A DNA stretch of 20,000 bases from an uncultured virus (IMG/VR IMGVR_UViG_3300012017_001157) (lineage: Duplodnaviria; Heunggongvirae; Uroviricota; Caudoviricetes), in IMG/VR virus record IMGVR_UViG_3300012017_001157, positions 53,043 to 73,042 of that record. One strand, written 5' to 3'. Every line of letters starts with the position of its first letter. The stretch's first letter is position 1. This document shows, in pieces, positions 1 to 6,076 of the stretch. Under the pieces are notes generated by a model. It was given only the letters and a program-made list of their open reading frames with translations. It searched no databases and was not told where the DNA came from. The translations under genes and the position numbers were made by a program.

Positions 1-18
1 ACGTCAACACTCTGTTCA

Positions 19-516
19 TTAAAATTGCACCGACTCGTTGATGACAATTGGCTGTGCCTCGAACGAGGCGAACACAGGCATGCCGGGCTTGATAAATCCA
101 CCCTCGATATTGAAGGAAATGTATTCGTCCGCTTCCTCAATGTGGAAGCAGCCCTCATGAGTGTCCCCTGGGTTGTTCGCCTCGCAGGTCGACACAAAGT
201 CGTCAAACAAGCGCTGTAGGATCTTGTTGCGGTCGTAGATAGCGACAATCATCTGTCCGTCAGACCCGTGAAAGATTGTCCCGTGTCCTACGAGGCAATC
301 TTCCCACCCATCGGCGTACAGGACGTCTTCACGCTGTTCAATTGCTGGTCGCGTAATCGTTGTTTGCTCTTCCATGCCCTCAATCCTCCATAGTCCATAC
401 TCTTGTCCATGCTCGGTGAACCCGATCACTCGTGCTGTTCCGTCGTCTAGTGTATCTCGATAAAGTTTGACGTGCACGCCGTTTACTGTGGCGGTGCAGA
501 TCGCTCTGCTGTTCAT
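19..516 (-). CDS. Hypothetical phage protein; C-terminal half resembles a widespread uncharacterised phage family
   Basis: 165 aa ORF whose start overlaps the upstream stop (ATGA at 513-516). Motif LYADGWEDCLVG...VAIYD...EEADEYISFNIEGG...PVF recalled from aquatic phage hypotheticals. Confidence 0.7.
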   Translation of the reverse strand: MNSRAICTATVNGVHVKLYRDTLDDGTARVIGFTEHGQEYGLWRIEGMEEQTTITRPAIEQREDVLYADGWEDCLVGHGTIFHGSDGQMIVAIYDRNKILQRLFDDFVSTCEANNPGDTHEGCFHIEEADEYISFNIEGGFIKPGMPVFASFEAQPIVINESVQF

Positions 517-809
517 CTGTAATTCTTGATTCTTTCTAGTGAGTTTTCATGTATCGGTTCGCTTACGTGCCATGCGTCTAGCATCCAGGCCGCCCAAAAC
601 CGTGGGCGAACAGCGGGGACTACCCGTGTGGCAATCAGTTGCCTGTAGCGGCGGTCGGGAAGCAGGCGAATGATGGTAGTAGCGAGACTAGCCGCTACCT
701 CAGTTTTTCCCAAAAAAAATTTCGAGAGGCCATCGTAACGAAGTTGGTTATAGGGGATCACAATGATCGATCCGTCTACATTGGCGATAACCATTCGACC
801 CTGCTTCAT
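513..809 (-). CDS. Hypothetical protein (~98 aa)
   Basis: The track ORF 513..962 is probably over-extended. ATG at 809 (MKQGRMVIAN...) avoids overlap with the hairpin at 838-890 and the small ORF 901-1002. The stop is coupled to the next gene. Confidence 0.6.
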   Translation of the reverse strand: MKQGRMVIANVDGSIIVIPYNQLRYDGLSKFFLGKTEVAASLATTIIRLLPDRRYRQLIATRVVPAVRPRFWAAWMLDAWHVSEPIHENSLERIKNYR

Positions 810-837
810 CTTGAGCCGCGCGCGAGGATAACTAGTT

Positions 838-890
838 CTCGTACCCAAGAGCCAATGATGTAACCCTTGGGTACGAGTCTCCGAAGGAGA
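838..890 (-). promoter_or_regulatory. Intergenic RNA stem-loop pair (processing, attenuation or stability element)
   Basis: Perfect 12-bp inverted repeat CTCGTACCCAAG (838-849) / CTTGGGTACGAG (866-877), extendable to 17 bp with G-U pairs on the - strand only. Adjacent 5-bp hairpin TCTCC-GAA-GGAGA (878-890). Confidence 0.55.
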
Positions 891-900
891 AGCAACACAA

Positions 901-1002
901 TTATCTATTGACGATTCTGAACCAAAGGGTCCAGAGGGCCAACGTGAGCGTGGAGCCGACAACGACTGCCGCCACGTAACTAAAGAACGTTCCGAGATCC
1001 AT
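901..1002 (-). CDS. Small single-pass membrane protein (33 aa), not in ORF track
   Basis: MDLGTFFSYVAAVVVGSTLTLALWTLWFRIVNR*. The ATG overlaps the ssb stop (TGATG). One hydrophobic stretch followed by basic residues. Confidence 0.7.
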   Translation of the reverse strand: MDLGTFFSYVAAVVVGSTLTLALWTLWFRIVNR

Positions 1003-1379
1003 CAGAACGGAACCTCGGAAAAGTCTTCTTCAGGCGCGGCCTGCTTGACTGCGCCAGCGGCACCCTTGCCCTTGGCAAGAAGATCAAATGTGCGCGCCGT
1101 GATCTGAATGGAAGACTTGGACTCGCCGCTGCGGGTCTGAAAAGTCTTCACGGACGGAACGCCTTCAACGCACACAAGATCACCCTTGTCGAGCAGCTGT
1201 ACAGCAAGTTCTGCCTGCTTCTCCCAAATGGATACGTCGTACCAATTGGTGGTCTCTTCACCGCCGCGCTTGTTCTTTACCGCAACGCTGAACGATGAAA
1301 CGTTCTTTCCTGTCTTGGTGTTGCGAAGTTCTGGCTTGCTTCCAAGCCTGCCAGTTACTTCAATCCTTTCCTTTGCCAT
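1002..1379 (-). CDS. ssb: Single-stranded DNA-binding protein
   Basis: OB-fold SSB pattern (VTGRLGSKPELR, FSVAV, TNWYDVSIW, LDKGDLVCVEG), acidic C-terminal tip EEDFSEVPF, AGGAG SD. Confidence 0.95.
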   Translation of the reverse strand: MAKERIEVTGRLGSKPELRNTKTGKNVSSFSVAVKNKRGGEETTNWYDVSIWEKQAELAVQLLDKGDLVCVEGVPSVKTFQTRSGESKSSIQITARTFDLLAKGKGAAGAVKQAAPEEDFSEVPF

Positions 1380-1380
1380 T

Positions 1381-1776
1381 TCACTTCTCCTGACTTAGGA
1401 CCAGTCGGACATATTCTTCCGCTGCTCCAAATTCCATTTCCCAAACTCGTGGGATAAACCATCGGTCATTGACGACCAATCCAGCCGCTACCGCATCTAG
1501 CGTTAGCTTCAATAGATTATCAGCATCCATCGGTCTTTTCAAATGCGCCCAGATGTCGATGACAATCCTCTTCCCGTCTACCGGCAGGAAGTCCGGCCTT
1601 GTGACTAACGCTTTCTGTGTCGCATATGTCACGATCTCCTTCCATGCTTTTGCTTCTCGTGTCATGTAGATAATTTTGCCCGCAACGCGATACGCGCGGT
1701 TCCATGATGGCGGTCTTCCTACAAGGACAATCTCAAGCCCTTCCGTCCAGCCTTCCAAGCCTGATACGCTGGTCAT
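1381..1776 (-). CDS. rusA: RusA-like Holliday junction resolvase
   Basis: PPSWN near the N-terminus and RPMDADNLLKLTLDAV...VVNDR matching the RusA DxDNxxKxxxD...D motif. Start placed at ATG 1776 (MTSVSG); the track start at 1971 overlaps the ATPase gene heavily. Confidence 0.85.
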   Translation of the reverse strand: MTSVSGLEGWTEGLEIVLVGRPPSWNRAYRVAGKIIYMTREAKAWKEIVTYATQKALVTRPDFLPVDGKRIVIDIWAHLKRPMDADNLLKLTLDAVAAGLVVNDRWFIPRVWEMEFGAAEEYVRLVLSQEK

Positions 1777-2389
1777 CCCCGCCCACCTTGATGGCGCGAC
1801 AGGTCTGCTGTAGTCGGGAGATGAGAGCCCCATATCCAAGGGCATCGAGTTCGTCAAGGCCGCGGTTCGTCGTGGCGATCGTCGCGAGACAGGCACTATA
1901 TCGGCTCTCAACAAGGACGTAGAGTCGCTCTGCCGCCCAGTCGGTTGCCTTCTCCTTCCCAAGATCATCAAGGACCACGACGCTTGCGCGTGTCAAACAA
2001 AAGTCAAACAAGTTCATGACTTCTGGATCATTGTACTTCATTGACTGGCGAATCCGATCTAAAAAGATCGGCACATTGATAAAGCGAACTCCACCAAGAC
2101 CAGCGGCAACTTTCTCTCGGACTGACGCCACGGCAAGGTGGGTCTTTCCCGTACCTGGCGGCCCAACAAAAAGAAGGCCCCGCTCCCCAATCGGTGCCTT
2201 TGCCCACTCCATTGAGGCCTCAAGGGCCGTCTTAGAGCCACCCTGCGCCTCGAAATTTGCGAAGGTGCTGTCTAAGTACCTTTTTGGGATTCCAACGCCT
2301 AGAAGCGCTTTTTCGAGGTCCTGTGGCGGCTTGCTCTCGCCCCACATGATGTCCTCCAGGTATACAACTTCGGTGCTACTTGTTGTCAT
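1733..2389 (-). CDS. DnaC/IstB-like AAA+ ATPase (helicase loader)
   Basis: GIPKRYLDSTFANF, Walker A GPPGTGKT, Walker B VVVLDDLGKE, and RY...TIATTN. Lies downstream of an initiator-like gene. Confidence 0.92.
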   Translation of the reverse strand: MTTSSTEVVYLEDIMWGESKPPQDLEKALLGVGIPKRYLDSTFANFEAQGGSKTALEASMEWAKAPIGERGLLFVGPPGTGKTHLAVASVREKVAAGLGGVRFINVPIFLDRIRQSMKYNDPEVMNLFDFCLTRASVVVLDDLGKEKATDWAAERLYVLVESRYSACLATIATTNRGLDELDALGYGALISRLQQTCRAIKVGGDDQRIRLGRLDGRA

Positions 2390-2462
2390 TATCGCGCTCC
2401 ACCGCAGCGGCGACCAAGAGGATCACCGCGACGAGCAACATAAACAGTGCTGGCTGTAACAT
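2376..2462 (-). CDS. Small hydrophobic peptide (28 aa), not in ORF track
   Basis: MLQPALFMLLVAVILLVAAAVERDNDNK*. ATG directly follows the upstream TAG, with GGAGGAG just upstream. It fills the gap between the initiator and the ATPase. Confidence 0.55.
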   Translation of the reverse strand: MLQPALFMLLVAVILLVAAAVERDNDNK

Positions 2463-3155
2463 CTACTCCTCCAACTGTGCATCACGAACAGATGATGTTG
2501 TGTGCACCCTCTTCTTACTGCCTTTTCCGATCGCTGTCAAATATGCAATTGGGTCGCCCTTGAGGTCGCGCAGTGCCGCGTCGCAGATGGCAGACATTAG
2601 CGCGGGAATTCCACCTGGATATTCGCGCATCAACTTTGCAATGCGAGCGTAGTCGGTTCTCTGTGGAACGATGCCATTCATCTGCCCCATGAATTCAACA
2701 AGTCTTCCCTGTCGGTTCGGCCCTGCCACAATGTATTCCATCCACTCTTTCATGCTCCGAACCTTGACTTGTGCATCGTGTTCGTCGCGAAGACCGAGAC
2801 GGTTCAGTCGGTCGCGAGCGGCCGCTGCAAGCGCCTCCCTTGCCTCACGCATTCCATCAGATGGAACCTGCCACTCGTCCCAATCGTGCACCACGAGTCC
2901 GTCGAGAAGCCCAACGCGTCGGAAGTGCGGAAGGAACTTTGTGTTTTGCGATCCGACCATTGCTTCAATGTGCTGATCGGACTCAAACACTCCGTCGGTT
3001 TCTGATGCCGCGCACAGCAGAACAATCCATGCCCATCGCGCGTTGTTATCTGGCAGCCGCCAAAGTTTCTTGTGTCGCGGAAGATCGCTGTAGCATCTCC
3101 AGTAGACGCGAGCGTCTCCCATCTCCTCAAGAGGAATAATCGGTGTCATGCCCAC
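2463..3155 (-). CDS. Putative phage replication initiator / replisome organiser
   Basis: N-terminal YWRCYSDLPRHKKLWRL...WAWIVLLCAASETDG...VHDWDEWQ resembles phage initiator N-terminal wHTH domains. Position upstream of the DnaC-like loader fits. Start GTG 3155 or ATG 3149, downstream of AAGGAG. Confidence 0.7.
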   Translation of the reverse strand: MGMTPIIPLEEMGDARVYWRCYSDLPRHKKLWRLPDNNARWAWIVLLCAASETDGVFESDQHIEAMVGSQNTKFLPHFRRVGLLDGLVVHDWDEWQVPSDGMREAREALAAAARDRLNRLGLRDEHDAQVKVRSMKEWMEYIVAGPNRQGRLVEFMGQMNGIVPQRTDYARIAKLMREYPGGIPALMSAICDAALRDLKGDPIAYLTAIGKGSKKRVHTTSSVRDAQLEE

Positions 3156-3157
3156 CG

Positions 3158-3253
3158 CTAATCTCCTTCTGGATCGCAATCCATGCAGTAGCTGTTTTCT
3201 TCTCCGAACTCACCAATGAATTCCGCACCACAGTTTTTGCACGTGCAGATCAT
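3158..3253 (-). CDS. Zinc-ribbon microprotein (31 aa), not in ORF track
   Basis: MICTCKNCGAEFIGEFGEENSYCMDCDPEGD*. CxxCG...CxxC motif; TAATG coupling to the exonuclease stop. Confidence 0.75.
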   Translation of the reverse strand: MICTCKNCGAEFIGEFGEENSYCMDCDPEGD

Positions 3254-4125
3254 TATTTTTCCCAGTCAGGCCAAAGGTCTTTCTTCAGTGCCGGGACCAG
3301 ATTGTACAGCTCTTTTCTCTTTTCGGGAATCTGCTGCGGGTGGCTCTCCCACTTATCGCACAGTTCCTTGAATTCGCAGTTTGCATGCGCAAACGCCGTT
3401 GGGTTCGGATAGATCGCGCCCTTCTCGATTGCGTCAAGGAACGCGCGAGCCCCGATGTACATCTTGTCAATATCTTCCTGAGTGCGGGTAGTGGTTCTTC
3501 GATCAACATTCACGCCCTTAGCCGAGTTGCTAATGATATTGAATGTCACCGATGGGTCGTGGTCATAGTTTTGGCGAACAGCATTCACATAGGCGGTTGC
3601 CTGAATGTCTCCGCGCTCTCGATCCTTCTCCCACCTTCTCTGTGCGGTCTTGTGCTCGACTACGCGGAGATCTGTGGTGAGCATGTCGAGATTTGTCTTC
3701 AACTTCATCGGAAGCTTCCCAAGTTTAGAGTGGGAAATCTCCGACATCATTGAGTGCTCAACATACTTTGCAGTCCAGTCGTCGCCCTCAAGAACAGCAG
3801 CCCGAAGCATCTCTTCGCCACTAAAGCCCTCGCTAAGGATATCGCGCTCTTTTTCTGCGCCCCAGTCCACCTGCGCCGACTCTATTGACCAAACTTTTCG
3901 ATAGTGATCGAACACCGGCGTAAGGTCGCCATTTCGCTTGCCGCCCGTAATGGGCTCGTACCATCGCTGAAGTCCGGCGTGGACCGAGGTGCCCAGGGCG
4001 AAGTACGCCGTCGTCCTGTTGGTCCACATACCGAGCCGATACTTGTACCACCAGCGAAGTGGGCACGAAAGGAATTCGCGCAACTCACTTACACTGATGT
4101 GCTGCGGGTTTCTCTCCTCAATCAT
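3253..4125 (-). CDS. PD-(D/E)XK (RecB/AddB/Cas4-like) exonuclease
   Basis: HISVSELREFLSCPLRWWYKY, GTSVHAGL, LDML...VVEHKT, QATAY and C-terminal HANCEFKELC. Confidence 0.9.
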   Translation of the reverse strand: MIEERNPQHISVSELREFLSCPLRWWYKYRLGMWTNRTTAYFALGTSVHAGLQRWYEPITGGKRNGDLTPVFDHYRKVWSIESAQVDWGAEKERDILSEGFSGEEMLRAAVLEGDDWTAKYVEHSMMSEISHSKLGKLPMKLKTNLDMLTTDLRVVEHKTAQRRWEKDRERGDIQATAYVNAVRQNYDHDPSVTFNIISNSAKGVNVDRRTTTRTQEDIDKMYIGARAFLDAIEKGAIYPNPTAFAHANCEFKELCDKWESHPQQIPEKRKELYNLVPALKKDLWPDWEK

Positions 4126-4721
4126 CCGACGAGCTCAGCTCGGCGAGCGCGGAATCTCTTGATCAAGAACTCACGGGAAAGTTCGTCAATATCAACACCG
4201 TCGGCGTTCGACTCATTGATCGACTTTCCAATCTCAGTAAGTTCATCAATCGTCTTCGCCTTGGCGAATGCATCGACAAACTTCTGGATGTGTGGCGGGA
4301 GTGCGACGTCTTCGTCAAAAACCTCAGCGGCGGCCTTTGCTGCTGACTTTCCGCCCTTTGACTTGATCTCGTCGTCAGACGCGATTCTCTTTGACGGAAG
4401 GCCAGCCATTACCAACGCGCGACCAACTGCCGATGTCTCGCAATTCTCAATCTCTGAGCCGCGGGTGTACGGCGTTGCGCCAGGAATCTGCATTGCGCTG
4501 TGTCCAATTCCCGCTGGGCGATCATCCATAAAGCCAAGTGCATCGTCAGGTCCGTTGTCGCCCTTAACGCCGCGATATGCTCGCGCCTCTACGACTACAC
4601 GCTTTTCGGTGTGCTCAACAATTCTGGTTTCAATGCGTGCGTTGGGGTACGCCTCGTACCATGCGCGGATTCGCTCTGCGACATCCACGTAATCCTTAAG
4701 TGCGCTCTTATCGAATGCCAT
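4122..4721 (-). CDS. Putative single-strand annealing protein (Rad52/Sak-like)
   Basis: DYVDVAERI...YP...ENCETSAVGRAL...G motif seen in phage annealase-like proteins. Coupled (ATGA) to the exonuclease. Confidence 0.6.
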   Translation of the reverse strand: MAFDKSALKDYVDVAERIRAWYEAYPNARIETRIVEHTEKRVVVEARAYRGVKGDNGPDDALGFMDDRPAGIGHSAMQIPGATPYTRGSEIENCETSAVGRALVMAGLPSKRIASDDEIKSKGGKSAAKAAAEVFDEDVALPPHIQKFVDAFAKAKTIDELTEIGKSINESNADGVDIDELSREFLIKRFRARRAELVG

Positions 4722-4989
4722 TTGCTTCCTCCTTATTCAAATACTCATCGAGGTCCTCGAAGAGTCTTCCTTCTTCAATCCCGAGAAATTCAGAGATCTT
4801 CTTGCGCATCGGGCCACTGATAGGCGCCTGACCATACTGCACCTGATTTAGGTAGCCGTACGATACGCCAAGATGCTTGGCGATGTATCGCCTCTTGATC
4901 CCAGTTTCTTCTAGGAGTTTCCACACCCGAGCAGTTTTCTTCCTCTGAATAATGCGCTGCTCCGCAAAATTCGGACCAGTTTGCTTCAT
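4708..4989 (-). CDS. XRE/Cro-family helix-turn-helix regulator
   Basis: GIKRRYIAKHLGVSYGYLNQVQYG...ISGPMRKKISEFLGIEEGRLF, a typical HTH_3 pattern. Confidence 0.85.
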   Translation of the reverse strand: MKQTGPNFAEQRIIQRKKTARVWKLLEETGIKRRYIAKHLGVSYGYLNQVQYGQAPISGPMRKKISEFLGIEEGRLFEDLDEYLNKEEANGIR

Positions 4990-5231
4990 TACCCTTCCTT
5001 GCTTTCTAGCACTGGATTTGCAACCCAGTCCTCCATCGCTATCGAGATGCCCCTACGATACGCCAAAATGTCATCGTATGCAACTAGCGTATCAAGGTCG
5101 TTGGATGCGGCGTTGGCCGCCTCAAACGCAATCATCTCCTTCGGCTTAATATGAGCGCTCTCGTCAAGAGATTGCTGGAGATACTCCCTGAACTTGCTCC
5201 GACCGAGCAGCATCAGTTCCATTTCCTGCAT
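4989..5231 (-). CDS. Hypothetical protein (80 aa)
   Basis: ORF in the operon, TAATG-coupled to the HTH gene, with a purine-rich SD. Confidence 0.65.
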   Translation of the reverse strand: MQEMELMLLGRSKFREYLQQSLDESAHIKPKEMIAFEAANAASNDLDTLVAYDDILAYRRGISIAMEDWVANPVLESKEG

Positions 5232-5442
5232 TTTCGTCCCTTCCCCTGCCGTGCACAGTGCACCTATCTAGAACACACTTTGAGGTGTTTGAGCCGGGGG
5301 CCTCAATGGCCTCCGCTAAACCCATCACCCTGCCGCCAGGATTACAGTGCGCGTTCGCACAAAAATACACCTTCAGCCGTAGCTGAAAGAGCGTCCCGCC
5401 ACATGCGTAGCAAGACAATCCGAGGGCACCCTTATTGGACAT
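5164..5442 (-). CDS. Cys-rich (zinc-finger-like) hypothetical protein
   Basis: CYACGG...YFCANAHC and CVLDRCTVH motifs. Strong SD AAAGGAGG upstream; first gene after the promoter at 5465-5494. Confidence 0.7.
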   Translation of the reverse strand: MSNKGALGLSCYACGGTLFQLRLKVYFCANAHCNPGGRVMGLAEAIEAPGSNTSKCVLDRCTVHGRGRDENAGNGTDAARSEQVQGVSPAIS

Positions 5443-5458
5443 ATGCCCCTCCTTTCAG

Positions 5459-5494
5459 GATATCATCTTACTTGATGATATCACCCTTGGTCAA
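5459..5494 (-). promoter_or_regulatory. Sigma70-type promoter with overlapping palindromic operator
   Basis: On the - strand, TTGACC (5494-5489), an 18-nt spacer, then TAAGAT (5470-5465). Inverted repeat GATATCATC-N6-GATGATATC (5459-5482) spans the -10 box. Confidence 0.7.
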
Positions 5495-5641
5495 GCCTGC
5501 GTTGGGTAGGCACCCAATGTGATATTTGCGATTGCCTCTTTTCACAATAGGACCTAGGCCCCTGCCGATGATCCCCGCCGACTTCGCCATGCACTGGCGA
5601 TTGTCGCATCTTGGTCTAGGAAAGCTCTCCACTTCGATCAT
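5468..5641 (-). CDS. Small Cys/His metal-binding protein (57 aa), not in ORF track
   Basis: MIEVESFPRPRCDNRQCMAKSAGIIGRGLGPIVKRGNRKYHIGCLPNAGLTKGDIIK*. Cx4C...HxxC motif, GAGGGA SD, short overlap with the HNH 3' end. Confidence 0.65.
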   Translation of the reverse strand: MIEVESFPRPRCDNRQCMAKSAGIIGRGLGPIVKRGNRKYHIGCLPNAGLTKGDIIK

Positions 5642-5930
5642 ATTCAAATCCCTCTAAGTATTCATACAGTGCCTCTCGCCACTTGCGAGAGGATTCTGTT
5701 TTCATTTTATGATGCCACCCGCACAGCGTCACCAGATTCCACATCTCCGAGGGGCCACGCTTGCCAAAGCCAGAGTTAAAGACGTGGTCAAGCTCAAGGA
5801 CGATCTGCCCGCCGGACCCGAACTGGCTGCCGCACTCATCGTGCATTCCGACTCGAGGACCAATGCAACCCCTGTCCCTCTGCAGGACATCTTTCCTCAT
5901 CCCTGGAGTAACCGGATCTTTATGCCCCAT
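5616..5930 (-). CDS. HNH endonuclease
   Basis: VLQRDRGC...C...LELDHV...G...NLVTLCGWHHKMKT. Confidence 0.9.
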   Translation of the reverse strand: MGHKDPVTPGMRKDVLQRDRGCIGPRVGMHDECGSQFGSGGQIVLELDHVFNSGFGKRGPSEMWNLVTLCGWHHKMKTESSRKWREALYEYLEGFEYDRSGELS

Positions 5931-6070
5931 TAGACCTTCTTAGATCGCTTGGCTTTCTTCTTTGGGCGATCCTGCTCTTGCGCAACCGGTCGCGGCTTTA
6001 CCCCGTCCGCCTTCATGACTCGACAGGGGATACAGAAGCATGGCTGCTGGTGGTAAAACTTATCTGCCAT
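5930..6070 (-). CDS. Small basic protein with HxxxCxCxxC motif (46 aa), not in ORF track
   Basis: MADKFYHQQPCFCIPCRVMKADGVKPRPVAQEQDRPKKKAKRSKKV*. Starts 6 nt after the portal stop and is TAATG-coupled to the HNH gene. Confidence 0.7.
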   Translation of the reverse strand: MADKFYHQQPCFCIPCRVMKADGVKPRPVAQEQDRPKKKAKRSKKV

Positions 6071-6076
6071 AGAGAC

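Noticed and set aside
700..722. Slippery-looking T TTT TTG / G GGA AAA run in the 513-809 gene (- strand)
   Set aside because: The -1 frame hits TGA immediately (GGG AAA AAC TGA), and this is not a tail assembly chaperone gene, so there is no support for a programmed frameshift.
810..962. N-terminal extension of track ORF 513..962, and a possible tRNA in this gap
   Set aside because: Better explained by the 901-1002 microprotein plus hairpins. No cloverleaf, T-loop consensus or CCA end is visible.
1733..2389. IstB-like ATPase suggesting an IS21 element
   Set aside because: No IstA transposase or terminal repeats. It follows an initiator-like gene, as phage DnaC-like loaders do.
3253..4125. 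Cas4-like nuclease suggesting a CRISPR-related system
   Set aside because: No repeat-spacer array or other cas genes are in the window. The context is a phage recombination module.
3904..4692. Long + strand ORF (262 aa) and other antisense ORFs (9936-10526, 10812-11396, 14355-14882, 15891-16508)
   Set aside because: They lie fully antisense to well-supported genes, have shadow-like composition and lack motifs or SD sequences.
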